In this document: one piece after another, positions 1-12,125 of the stretch
Layout: each line of letters starts with the position of its first letter
How positions within the stretch are numbered: position 1 is the stretch's first letter
Origin: Gonapodya sp. JEL0774
Lineage: Eukaryota
Assembly: GCA_027604505.1 (NCBI GenBank)
Contig: JADIIX010000168.1
Coordinates: 1 to 41,220 of the forward strand
DNA: 41,220 nt
Direction of reading: 5' to 3'
Notes under the pieces: generated by a model
What the model was told of the DNA's origin: nothing
What the model saw: only the letters and a program-made list of their open reading frames with translations
Databases searched by the model: none
Translations under genes and position numbers: made by a program

Positions 1-455
1 TGCTGGGTTGTTTTTGCTCGGTCGATGACAAAACACCCCTTTTTGGGATTCTCATGTAAATACTTGTTTAGCTGTAGTCATTATCATGCTTGTAATTGGA
101 ATCGGGAACGCTCCTCTCCCTGTACCACTCGGAAAACCACTCGTTGTAAACTCCTTGGGCGGAATAGTTGGTCACTACATTTTTGCACGAGGAAACGCTG
201 GTTACGGAAACGTAGCTGTTGAAGACAACGTCAAGGACATCTCGTGCAAATCATATGTGGTGACCTCCGCTGCACCGGCATTCTTCATTCAAATATACTT
301 CAAACCTCCCCCGTAGCCTTACAAAATCACACGCTAAGAGACCGTCCTTCGCCTAGACCTCCGCCCTCCGTCCCATCTCCCTCTCAAATCTTCTCCCGCG
401 CGCGGTTCTACATTTTCGCTCATTTGGTATCCAGACTCCAGTTACAACTGGAAAT

Positions 456-2655
456 ATGTCAGCCAAATCTGATGGAAATGCAGAGGCGAAATCGCGTGAT
501 ATGAAGCAGCCTTCAACGGTGGGGGTGAAAAAACGGCGAGTGGATAGAATTGATCCTGCGCAGAACCTTAGCATTGGCACTGACCAACTGCAAAACGGAG
601 CGCACGAGCATTCGGATGAAAGAAACACGATATCATCCTTAGTTCTCAGTCATGTAGAGCTACCCTCTGACGATCACAGCCGGGAGACCTCAGGAGCATT
701 GACCGACCACAACATTGTCAGGTCTGGTGATGGAACAAAACAATCACCCACTGACGCGATGCCATCAGAAATATTAGCTGCAGGGACTCTTTCGTCGCAG
801 CTCTCTGAGGGATCCCCCCGTCCGGTCACGACGGCTGGACCTGGTTCCTTGTCGGACCAATCTTTGAAGCGCCGTCGATCTCCGTCAAGCCCGGACAGAC
901 AACTGCCGCAATTCAATCAAGACATGGCAAAGCATGCAAGTCCAGCCTCAAAACCAACTCCCTATAACGGCGTCAGAGCAGCGAACCCAGTGACTTCCCC
1001 ATCGGCTCCGTACAACGGCCTACCTATGGATGGGCGTACCGGGTCTGCCACCCAGATGAATACGCCTGCACCTTACAGTGGACCGGCAAGGAGAAGTATT
1101 GCGCCGCAGACTCAGGCCGTCTATGGTGAAGTTGGACGCTCCCATTTCAGTCCTGCAACCACTGGAGCCCATCGCTCGGCACCACATGCCCCTCCCGCGC
1201 ATGTTCTTGCTCGCCCAAATCAGACCATATTTGGTGATGAGTATTTCGTGGACGATTTAACCCGCAGAGTGACCAACTGGCTTTACGAAACCGGCGTGGC
1301 AAAGTGGGAGGACGTGGAGGTGGGTGGTGTTCTCCGACAGCAACGAAAAAGAGTCAGCAAGTAACAGATGATACATATATACTTTTCAGGTTGAGGTTAA
1401 GCTTGGGATGATCGTTGGTCGAGGACCGCCCAGTCAAAGACCATCGCGAATGAATTGGCCGGTGCAATGCGAGACGAGTGAGCCAAGGCGGTCTAGGTGA
1501 TGCATTTTCTCCGTTCCCAACTCCGACGTTTTGCCCCTTTTAGTTATTGCGGACACAGACAATGTGTATTTCGTTTCCGACATGAGCTCCGAACTACACA
1601 GCCGATTCAATGCAGCTTTGAACCGACGAGTGGAAATGCGAGACCCGGCAAAGAACAATGGCGTTCAGTACAAGGTAGAATAAGCAGTCTCATCGATATC
1701 GGTTTCCATAAGTTCGCTCCTGATCTAAGTGTCCTTTGCTTGCCGTTGTGGTGTCCTTGTTCAGGGACCATCCATCGCTTACCGACATTTCACCGAGCTC
1801 GATTCTTTCCACCATGTTAATAACCAGAGGATCCGTGTCACCCGGCTCCGGAACCGTAAAGATGCTGACGATCCGACACCAAGGGCGATGGAAAAGGTAC
1901 GCCTTGCAAATCTGGATGTGTACTGCCCCAACTATGGGCTTGACTATCGAATCAGCGTGAGCAGGGAAATTGCAAGTGAGTGGAGTCGCTTATTTTTCGC
2001 TGAAATTCAGTGAGTCCTAGCGTTGTTTGGGCATCCTCCAGCGCCTCTGCCTCCACACGACTCGCACCCCCGGGACCACCGCCTCAAAGACCGCCTCTCT
2101 TATACATGCCCTCCGTATAGCATCGACCTCACAGCGGTCGCAAGCTACCAACACGTATCAGATATCCCTCCGGACGGCACGCCAAGATTCATTGCAAGTT
2201 CTTACGAGCTCGAAATTGAACTCCAGAATCCCTTTGCGGTGTTCGCCACAGGGATGGAACCGATTGGACCCAACGGGACGCCGAGATGGGTCATGGGCAC
2301 GCAGGAGCCTAGTGGATCTGGGATGAAGAATGTATACGAGTCAGTGAGAGGTTTATTGGATCAGGCAAGGCTGTTCGCGAGGAGAGCCGTGATGCCAGGC
2401 ATCGGCGGACCACTCGACTCAAAATGCAACCAAAACAACGAGGCTGGTGTGCGCGGCGTCGATAATCATCACAATGAACCCTTGAATGGTATGATTGGTG
2501 AGAGTCAGGATGGCTCCATAGGACCAGACCCAAAGGAGCGTAAACTGTCTGAGCAAGATCGCATCTTGAGAGAATTATGGGTGAATGGTGGAGCTGCATT
2601 CCTTCCTGATGGAGAGGACAATGAACAGGAGGGGCATGATGATCTTGCCATATGA
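456..2655 (+). CDS. CET1: mRNA-capping RNA 5'-triphosphatase, fungal Cet1/Pct1 type (CYTH tunnel family), about 5 exons
   Basis: Splicing at GT-AG introns (~1321-1390, ~1477-1542, ~1674-1764, ~1976-2041) gives motif A EVEVKLG, RIRVT, KVRLANLDVYCPNYGLDYRISVSREI, RLKDRLSY..IDLTAV and motif C YELEIE. Long low-complexity N-terminus as in Cet1. Confidence 0.88.
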
Positions 2656-2911
2656 CTCAAGGGTAGGACATCTCGGATTGCTGGTTGCAGACTCAAGAAC
2701 CACTGGTCTTCTCAACAGTGTTTGTTGGCTGGACTGCTTTAGGTCCTGTCCCAGACTCGCAAACATCTTGTGTGTACCGCGTGGACGTCAAAAATTCCAA
2801 AATATAAATCCACTAATTCCACCGACTAAATAAGGTAGTGATCAATGTCCGCTCAATTTTCGGAACATTCATTCCTTCAATTCCTCCTCAAACATATATC
2901 ACCCCAATACC

Positions 2912-5900
2912 TCACCGCCTTCCGTTCACCACGGCTGCTCCACTAATCGACAGACCCATTTGGCTAAGCTTTCTAATTGCAGACGGGTCTCCCCGTTGAG
3001 CAGCAGACTGCGGGTGAGGTAAAGTCTCGCTCAGACAACTCGGCCTCCTGCATTCCAGTATCTGACTCACCCGATACAGAGCGACAGCTGTATCCATGTC
3101 GACTTCCGTACCGTTGCCGTGTTCGTAGAACTTATCAAGCAAAGCGAAAAAAACCCATGCTTTAATGTCCCGCAACAAAAGTAGCAGACACCGAGGAGCC
3201 TTACTGATCCGAGCCTGTATTCGGCACCCTCCAGGCAACCACCAGCAACAGCCCTTTTGAGGAGTCTAAAGGCATCTTCCGCAGATTTCTTGACCAACCA
3301 GGAACTTAGAAGGACACGATCATTGAGAGTACAATCTTGAGAACGGCTGGCGGACACTTACTTTCCAGTGTAATACCACCCGGCAAGAAGGAAGTGTCCC
3401 AAAGCGTCACCACCCTCGGATGCCGCCTTATAGTAGCTCACTGCTCGGTTCACATCTACAACTCGCCCAAACTCTCCGAACTCATAAATCTTCCCTAATC
3501 GGATCATCGCCTTAAGAGAACCTTTTTCGGCCGCTTGTTCAAAATAAGCAACTGCCTGCTCTGTGTTAGGGATTACACCGTACTGGCCCTTCTCATAGAT
3601 AGTACCAAGAGCGTACTGGTTCAGGAGATGGTGTGAAGGACAATACATACAGACTTCAAAGCCAGATCGCCACTCACCAGAGCCTCTGGTTTGTTCTTCT
3701 TGGCTGCACGATTGAATGCCTCCAAAGCTCCATCCGGCCCTTTGCTACTTACCCCGTACAAGGCTTCGTGATGTATTCGAGCAAGGTGATGCTGAGTTCG
3801 AGTGGATGAGCTCGAGATCACAGATAATTCATAGCGACAACATCCCTTCGGTCTCACCATGGCCTCGACGCTGCCCCTATGTGCGGCATCTTTGAAGCAC
3901 TTTAGTGCCTGGGTGATGTTCTGATTTGCGCCGAGCTCCCCTTTCTCAAATATCTCCCCCATTCGGCACTGGCAGGGAGTGGCCGCGGAATTTGATGGGA
4001 TTGTACGAAAGAGTCAATAATGCCAACAGTAGATGCGAGCTGCACCCGAAGCCATCTACTCGGGTATCAACTTACGACTGCGGCGACGATTCCCCGTTCG
4101 GAGGCTCTCGCATAATATCTGAATGCTCGCGCGGGGTCCACGTTTGCTGTCAGTTCCCCTTTCTCGAAGATGACTGCGAGTCGATGCTTCACAAACAATG
4201 GAAAAGCCACAAAGTTTCAGCTGCGGAGATGAGAATTCAAAGATTCAAGTGAAAATCACCATGGAATCTCCGTCGAGATGATCTGCAGCTTTCCGGTAGT
4301 ACCGGTACGCACGATGTGGATCAGGCACCACACCATATAACCCTTGCTCGAATATTTGTCCGAGCCGAAACTGCATCGGACAATTGCGTCACAAGCAGCC
4401 GGAATGCCTAATTGAGTTCAAAGATGCGAGAAACGCCTTTAGGATGATGTCTCACCCTGGCTTTGTGGAAACCTCCTTCGCCGCCTACTTCCATCAAAGC
4501 TGTCAAGTAGTCCCCATCCACATCCGCCTCATCTTCTTTCTCCAGTCCTTTAGACATTTGTAGACACGCGGAGGCTATGCCAGGGCGGATACTGGGGTCT
4601 GACATGCGGTACAAGGCGGGAAGATAACCGGCAGCTGCGGCCTGATTGTACATCTTGGTAACATATGTTGGGTTGTAGGCGTCAAATCCACGCCGATTTT
4701 CGAAGCACAGACCAGCTTGGTAGGCCGAAGGAACATGGCCCGCCTTGGTCCCAACAAAGATGATTATCTTCTGATTTGCTTCCGATATCAGGATGCCCCA
4801 ATGATGTTCCGCCAACTCACTCGTGAGGCAACGATGAAGTACTTTAGTGCTTCCTCCCACTTTTCATCTTTGCCGAATTCACGAGCCAGGTAGTACTGAG
4901 CCTCAGCGTTTCCTTCGTTGCAAAGTGTAGTCAGCTAAGGAAGATGTAATATTCGATTACACGATTACACAAAAGGACAGCATTGAGAGACAGTTTTATT
5001 AAGCAGGACGCCTACCTCCAAAAATGCAGCGTCTAGTCTCTGGTCTTTGTCCTCTTCTCTTTCTGGGGGCAATTTATTCGCCGCGTTAATTGCACGCTTG
5101 ATTTTTTGAACCTAAAGGAAAAGAGGATTGATGTATCAGGACAAGTGGACACTCTGCATGACCTGTTTCTAAGGCGATTGGAATTGAGTTCCCCGGCACG
5201 AACGCTCACCTGCTCATATGCAGGTGACTTTGAAACAATTCCAAAAGGTAGAGGGGGCTTCCCTGTACCTGGTCCACCGACTGCACCGGCGGTTGTCGCA
5301 GCAGGCGGCGGACCCGAAGCAGAACCGGGTGGAGGTGAGAGGGGTGGGGTTGCCGAAAGAGGGGGGACAGAGCCAGCTTTCGCAGGTGCAGGGGGCTTAA
5401 TTGAGAGTTGTCAGCTAAACGTGTTTGAGAACCCCTCGAAAGCTCTTGCTGCTCGTTTAATTGAATCAAAGGTATGTCCCCTGTGATTTAATAATCCTCA
5501 AAGCCGAACAGTCTGGCGTTCTCTAAAACTTCATCAAGAAGCCTCCGTCAACTTCAGGGTGGAGATCTTAAATTGAGTGTTCATAAACCCTTCGACTTCA
5601 GCTATTCCACAAACTCCTCTCCCTTCACCCAACCAAGTCACTCTGCGATGAAGGTACTCATAAGTATACATACCTTGGAGTTTCTTCCTGACTGTCTCCC
5701 ATTTCCTTGTCCACTTCCTTGCTGGCCACCATGTCCATCGGAGTATTGGCCCTTGCTCTGGCTTCCGTTTCCTCCTGCGCCCGCGTCGTCCACTGGAGGG
5801 CCAAGCTTTTTGGATGGAATAAAAGTAGGACGACGGTCCATTGTTGGAGGAGCGAAATCGGGAAGAGTTGTGTTGGAGTTAGAATTCGAGTAGTTTGCTT

Positions 5901-6727
5901 GAGGTGGGGGGCGCTGGAAATTTAAGTGTGTTGCAGATGAGCAGCGGCTCCTGGGCGGTGAGTCCCACTACAAAGAAACGGAAAATAACCGGTCCTGTCT
6001 TCCTTCAGACTCTGCACTGGGTGGGCGGTGACTGACAGCTCCCCGCCGCGCTTCTCCATCCGCACTAGCGCGATCTCGTGAAGGAGCTGTCAAGACCGTC
6101 TTCGGATGCGGAGACCCAAGACCGTGATAGCGGTCACGAGCAAAAATGGCGCGCGAAAGAGAGGAAAGACTTTCCGGTTTCACTCAGGACCAATTCCCCA
6201 TCTTACTTGAAGTGCCGTTCGTGACCCTGTGTGATTCCAGTTCATTTTCCCTCCCTTCACGCATTTTATTCAAATCATATTGTCCGTCGGTTTGGCTTAG
6301 CGTTGGCTCCCCAAGCTCCGTCAATATTGAATGTTGAAAAACCTACCCTCGTCCGTCCAGAGCCCTCCTCGTCTGAGTCACTCTCCTCAGGTAGTCCCGC
6401 ATTCATGACTACTAATCTCCGCTGGTTTGCTTGGCCGTCATCGTCCTCATCCACGTCGATTGCCCCAGCCTTCCCAGTATGCAAAATTGCTGTCCCGATA
6501 GTGTTGAGGACCGCAGAAGGAGATGTCATTGCAGATGGCGCAAGACCACCACCACCTCCTCCATAAACGGGAGATTGTACAGGTTGTTGCCGTGACGAGC
6601 GGCCACTAGTTCCCCCGGATCCACGGTCCCGATCACGGTCACGAGAAGAGCCGGATTGGGGGTTCAAGGGGGAAGGTACCGATGGATTGGAAGGATACTT
6701 AGACGAGGAGGACGGACGACTCGACAT
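2912..6727 (-). CDS. Multi-exon SEL1-repeat protein, chitin synthase activator Chs4/Skt5-like
   Basis: SEL1 repeats: AEAQYYLA, GHVPSAYQAGLCFE, FRLGQIFEQGLYGV, YALGTIYEKGQYGV, AMIRLGKIYEFGEFG, LLAGWYYTG, AEYRLG..YEHGNG, ending AAQRGDPSAIRKL. The Ser/Gly/Pro-rich exons at 5.1-6.7 kb are assumed to be its N-terminus; the 5' end is uncertain. Confidence 0.72.
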
Positions 6728-7023
6728 GCCAAAAATCTTGGTGAGGGTCGTGGATTGTTTCCTCCCAAACTGTCAGGGTGGAGTTCCGTCGTCCAAAGCA
6801 CCACCCCACTTGTATGCGGTAAACGTAGGGTTACCACCCAAGCAAGTCAATTTTGCCTACAAATTCACTACAGTATGGCGGTATTGACTTTGACTGACAC
6901 ACTTCTATACGTAATCCGCAAGTAGCACTGTTGAAACATCCACAATGCCTGATGGAACTCCTTCGAAAACCCCATGGGTACTGGCTGATTGAAGTAATTG
7001 TCCATGAACCCATCTCAAATACT

Positions 7024-7899
7024 TCAATTGAGCCACGCCTTGGCAGTGACAGCATGTGGTCCTTCAATACCCTCGTAAAGTGCCTTGAGCTTTTTCTGAG
7101 CCATATCGTCCAGGTCCGCCCAGAGAGCTGCACTAGCCATTCTTGCCTCGTAGTCTCCTCCCCCACCTGCTTTCTTCCCCTTTTGCCCTTCAAGGAGTGT
7201 TTTTGATACCTGCCGGATCCCGTACAGTGCTCTCGCACTTCCGGGGACCAGCTCCAGCGCCCTACAGTAGTATTTCAGTGCGCCTTGATAGTCCTCTCTT
7301 GTGTACATCACATCAGCCAATCTCAGTTGGGCGGGCGAGGATCCTGGCTCAATTAGAACGCATTCCTCTGCCGCGTGTTGCGCCTGCGCCTGCATTCCCT
7401 CCTCCAGATAGACCCCACAGAGTTCAGTCCACGCCTCCACATCACCTGCAAACGCGTCGCAGTAGCTTGCGAGCTCGGCCGCCGCCTCGAAGCGTTTGCG
7501 CGGTTGGGCAAGCAAGGCTGCCACAAGCCGTTTCCGCACCCCAACGTCCGCGTCACCATCAGGTGCGCGGAGCATTTCACGGTATATCTCAGCGGCCCGC
7601 TCGTGCTCCCCGAGATGTTCAGCGAGCATACCTTGAAGACGGCGTGAGCGACGACTGGTGTCTGGTGGGAAACCGGCGTGTATTTTCTCGAGGGCATTCC
7701 GCGCGGTAGAGGTGTCACCGTTGTCAATGGCTCCCAGAAATATCTGCTCGAGGGTTTCGAAGGCCGCCGGATCAGAGCCAGGATTAGAGTATTTGAGTAA
7801 GAGGCTGCGAAGCAGATCTGGATTCGGTGGGACAAGCGACTCCGTGCGCGCGCGGGTCAGGAGAAGAAGATCAGCTGCGGCAGAAGACCCAGCGAGCAT
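7024..7899 (-). CDS. EMC2: ER membrane protein complex subunit 2 (TPR protein, TTC35-like)
   Basis: 291-aa ORF with LEQIFLGAID, FP..SRRSRRLQGMLAE, RKRLVA, YCDAFAGDVEAWTELCGVY, AAEECVLIEP, LADVMYT, ALKYYCRALEL and RALYGI, matching the EMC2 pattern. Confidence 0.88.
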   Translation of the reverse strand: MLAGSSAAADLLLLTRARTESLVPPNPDLLRSLLLKYSNPGSDPAAFETLEQIFLGAIDNGDTSTARNALEKIHAGFPPDTSRRSRRLQGMLAEHLGEHERAAEIYREMLRAPDGDADVGVRKRLVAALLAQPRKRFEAAAELASYCDAFAGDVEAWTELCGVYLEEGMQAQAQHAAEECVLIEPGSSPAQLRLADVMYTREDYQGALKYYCRALELVPGSARALYGIRQVSKTLLEGQKGKKAGGGGDYEARMASAALWADLDDMAQKKLKALYEGIEGPHAVTAKAWLN

Positions 7900-8108
7900 C
7901 GTGGGAGGACGTGTATGGCGGCGAACGGGGAAGAATGAATGGGGGAAACGAAATAGGGCGAGGGAAGGAAGGTTGGAAGTGGCAAAGCACCACCTTCCCT
8001 CGAACCCTTACGGAAATTATGAACCAGATTTCTCCCTTCTCCGTCACCATCTTGGGAATTTGATTCAGATTGTCCGGATACACATCTCACAGGTCATGAT
8101 AAAATTGC

Positions 8109-8834
8109 TGGATTGATGTGAATCCCGAGCGGGATGCGGTGAAGAAAACGTTCAGGTTCGAGGACTTCAACTAAAGCATCTACGAGTCGAGTCGAGTCGA
8201 GTTGAGCCCAGAGAAGTCGAGCTGAGCCAATTTTGGAGGTCCTCGAGTCGAGCCAAGGTCGAGTTAGAGGAACCCGAGTCGAGTTCGATTTGATTTCAAA
8301 CTGCATCGAGTCGAGTTTGATTCGAGCCAAGACAGCAAGATGTTAGTCGAGTCGAGTCGATTTCGAGCGATTTTGAGTCACTATACTGAAATTTCAGTTT
8401 TACATAAATCCAGCTTTGTACCAACTCTGGAGACAAATTAAAGCATTCACAGTCTCCCCCTTCAAGCCCCCACGTTTGTCAGTAATGACAAGCTTTGCTG
8501 CTGAAAAGAGTGAACATTTTAGAAGATCATATATCATTTATTAGCTTACATTTTGATATGGCAAAACCGTTTAATGGTCTAATGTGTTGAGAGAGTGAAT
8601 GGTTTGGTCGAGTCAGGCTCGGACTCGGCCCAAATTCGAGCCGAGTCAACTCAAACTCGACCCCATTCGAGTCGAGTCAACACGAGTCACGAGCCAAAAG
8701 AAAGACGTCGAGTCGAGTCAAATCGACTCGACTCAACTCGAACTCGACTCGAGGTGACTCGACTCGTAGATTCTTTAACTTCAACCAGGCCTTTTAGTGC
8801 GTTTCTTGGGCCTTTGATAGGCATGCTACTTGAT
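8109..8834 (+). pseudogene. Short inverted duplicate of part of the PCBD gene, interrupted by a MITE
   Basis: 8109-8171 joined to 8786-8834 matches the reverse complement of 15270-15380 ([15 protein letters not shown](K/R)FEDFNQAF plus the intron start gtgcgt) at roughly 90% identity by eye. Confidence 0.9.
8172..8777. mobile_element. 606-bp non-autonomous DNA transposon (MITE), hAT superfamily
   Basis: TIRs TAAAGCATCTACGAGTCGAGTC and GACTCGACTCGTAGATTCTTTA (one mismatch). Exact 8-bp TSD ACTTCAAC at 8164-8171 and 8778-8785, present once at the empty site in PCBD. Subterminal TCGAG/CTCGA arrays, AT-rich core, no transposase. Confidence 0.93.
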
Positions 8835-11129
8835 CAAATTCCCCATTCAGCCATCAGCGTGATGCTTCTGCGTCAGTGCCACAAAAGCTCACTCGCGGTC
8901 GCAGGAGTCTTGAAAGATATGTGTTTGGTTGAGGTTATCAAGCACAGATAGATAGTACGGTCACACTATATCAAGTGGCTTACACTACTACTGCAATATG
9001 AGCTCAGTACCCGCAGTAATTTTGATGGGATTTCCCAATGAGAGGTGAAGCACACCAGAAACAAACATTCCACCGGGAAACCTGGTGATCAAAGAATCAT
9101 CGGAGACTCTCACCTTCAAGTTTTTATGGTTTACCATGCACTTATAATTGGGTGTAATAGGAGATGGAGATATCAACCAGGTCATTTTGGTACACTCAAC
9201 ATTGGGACCACGTGAAAAAGTTTGATGTGGAACTTACCAAACAATTTGCAGTGCCCTGTTTCAGATGCTTCACCCTCGTGGCCTTTGAAGCAGGCCATGT
9301 TGTGATTTCCCATTCAGAAGTGAGCATCAAGTCGTCCATGTTCAGGGGTTGATGTTCCTGCGCCACATTCTTTTTGATCCACTGTGACCTAGCATTTTCA
9401 CAGTCCTCTGTTGCTTCATAAATTGCAATCACAACATCACACACTGCGCCATTTGTTGGGTGTTGTTCTGCAGAATCAAATGGCTCTCAGTGTAGGTTAA
9501 CACAGAAGCAACATCATCTGTATCAGAGGGTATTATTCCTATGCATAACACACACTGAAAATTGCAGTGGTAACTGATTGCCCTGATCAACAGCGTGAGA
9601 AACTTCCTCCCAAGCCACCCACAGAGCAAAATAAATGGCAGACAATACGTTCAGAGTTCCCAGTTGCTTGTGGGTTGATGAAAAGATTGAATCTATGCAT
9701 GCCATGTAAGTTGTGTGTTTGGGCTCAAAGTTCAGCAGCTTGGATGTCACAAGAGCTTTCTCTGCCAGCCTCAAGTGAGTAATGTGCTCTTGAATCTGGA
9801 TGTGATCAGCCATTCCACATGATGCTGTCCTGAATAGTTGTTGAGAATAGGTCAGAGGGTTGTCAGGTGAGTTGGGCCAGGCTGGGGATGGATAGACAAG
9901 TTTAAGCTCAGGATGGCAGCACAAAAAGGAATAGTGGGTGTAGAACAAAAGAATTCTCATCAAATTCAGAGCTGTGTGCATTTAAAAGAACTCTCAGCAA
10001 ACTCACAGTGGTGGGGTCAACTTCAAAGAGGCCATCTTGCCAGTCAGAAATGCCTCATCTGTGTCCCTGTTGCTCTTGATCGCCTTCAACATTCGATTGG
10101 TATTGTAACGGTTCCCAAGATCTTGACCATCTACATATTGCTCTGTTAAAGATTCCAAACAGGCTGGATTATAGCTCAAATCCAGGTTTATCACTGGCAG
10201 ATCCACGAGTAGTCGAGTTTGGGGAATTCCAGGACTGTCAATTGCTCATGTACATTGATGACAAATATCAGTGGCCGTGACAACAGTCATGGTGAGCTGT
10301 AGAAAGCAACTATGTGCGATTGGCAAACTTACGGAAATAGCAGTGCACATGGTAGTTCAATTGCTGGACCCCAGCAACCACCCAGTGTTCAAGCCCAGAT
10401 TCACCCACCTGGTTTGTCTCTGCAATGACTTGTGCAGAAATGTTTATACATAGAGTCTCAGATTTTGCAAGTCATTGCAGATGCCAGAATTTGCTCTCAA
10501 AACCCACCTTTGTGAAGTGCCACCAGATGCAAAGTTCACAGTGTACCAATGTTGTGTTTTTTACACCCCCCACCCCTAGATCCTTAGTATTGAATATGAA
10601 TATTTTGTTTTAAAAGTACATTAATTTTACTAAGCCATGATATGGCCCTAAAGCTTTTACAGACCAAGCACTCTGACCCCTTCTGGGCTCCACCACACCT
10701 GTGTTATCTCTCCTAACCCCTCTGAGAACCACACCAGTTGGCTTTCTGCGTTAGAACCAGTTTAGGACGCTTTATTGCAGGCTCCAGTCAATGAACAACA
10801 GTAAGATTAGATCATTCAGAGAGCTTAGAAATGCAAGAGTGGACTCACCAGAGTCACTCCGGCTCTTGTCTTTGTACTGATGGGGGGCTTTCTTGTCAGT
10901 GGCTGCGCTGCAGGATTTGAATCAGGTATGCCACGAGATTTGGTTGTGAGGACACCACAAGATTTGACTGATGGGGTGGGTGATTTGGTAGCACACTTCT
11001 TGGATTTAGGCTTTGGAGGGTCTTCATGCAATAAAACAAAGTCAAATACAAACAGCCATGTTAAAGTAAAAAGATGACTGTACCTTCTTATTTGCTCCTG
11101 TCCTCATTGACCTAGCTCTCATACTTGTT

Positions 11130-12125
11130 GTCTCCATCTCAGCACCATTTGCTTCACTGGCACATGCTCCATCTTGCCTTCCACATTGGCACTGTTTGAT
11201 CCTGTGTCACAGGTCTCCATCTTAGCTTTGGCATCAGCACCATTTGCTTCACTGGCACTTGTCTCCATCTTGGCTTTGGCTTCGGCACTATTTGCGTACC
11301 AGGGTGTAGGTCCAAATCAGCTTCAGCATCACTGCTTGTTTTGTCCACCGCAGCAGGTCTCAATCGTGACTTCCACATCGGCACCATTCACTTCACCAGC
11401 ATGTGTCTCCATTTGGACTTCAGTATCCCCATCATCTCCTCCACCACTGTCCTCTATCTCAGCCTTGGTATCCACACTGTTCACCTCAATGCTTGCAACC
11501 ACCTCCACATCTGCACCATTCACCTCAATACCCTTAACTGGCTCCAGATCTGCACTGTTTGTTTCAATGTTCCCAACTGGCTCAGACTCCACATTGTTCA
11601 CTTTGACACCTATGACCAGCTCAGCAACCATACAGTCTGTACCATGTGATCCACTGCTTGCAGCCATCTTGGCATCCACTTTGACACCAGTGACCACCTC
11701 AGACTCAGGGCAGTTTGGTTCAACACTCACTACCACCATGGTCACCCTGCTGTTCACTTCAACACTTGCTACAGGCTCAATGTCCATACCGTTCATTTCA
11801 GTGCTCTCTAACAGCTGAGCATCCACACGGTCCACAACATTCAATTCACCACTCATGACTGGCTCTGCAATTGCACTGTTTGCATCAATGTTCACAAACA
11901 GCTCGGCAATCACACCCATTGCTTTGACAGCTGCAACTGGGCTGGAAGCCGCACCAATTGGTTCGACAATTGCAACAGGGTCGGCAGTTGAGCTGTTTTG
12001 CTTCGATAATTGAAACTTGGCAGCAGTTGTGCTGTTTGCTTTAATGATTACAACAGGGACAGCAGTGATGCTGTTTGCTTCGATGATTGCAACTGGTTCA
12101 GCAATTGCACTGTTTGCTTTGACCC
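11130..12125 (-). repeat. Degenerate coding tandem repeats with 39-bp and 48-bp periods
   Basis: 39-bp units at 11504-11542, 11543-11581 and 11582-11620 encode EPVxxIExNxADV-like 13-mers. A 48-bp period near 11213-11300 encodes KMETSASEANGADAKA-like 16-mers. Confidence 0.75.

Noticed and set aside
6144..6158. TTTCGCGC E2F/SBF-like sites here (minus strand) and at ~41046
   Set aside because: An 8-mer is expected about this often by chance in 41 kb, and there is no supporting evidence.
8172..8777. TCGAG repeat arrays as a CRISPR-like or satellite array, and the ORFs 8094-8330 and 8595-8951
   Set aside because: No repeat-spacer structure; fully explained as MITE subterminal repeats, and the ORFs are by-products.
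11174..11818. 214-aa Ser/Thr-rich plus-strand ORF as a mucin-like gene
   Set aside because: It is the antisense shadow of the minus-strand repeat region; splice signals and neighbouring ORF remnants are on the minus strand.
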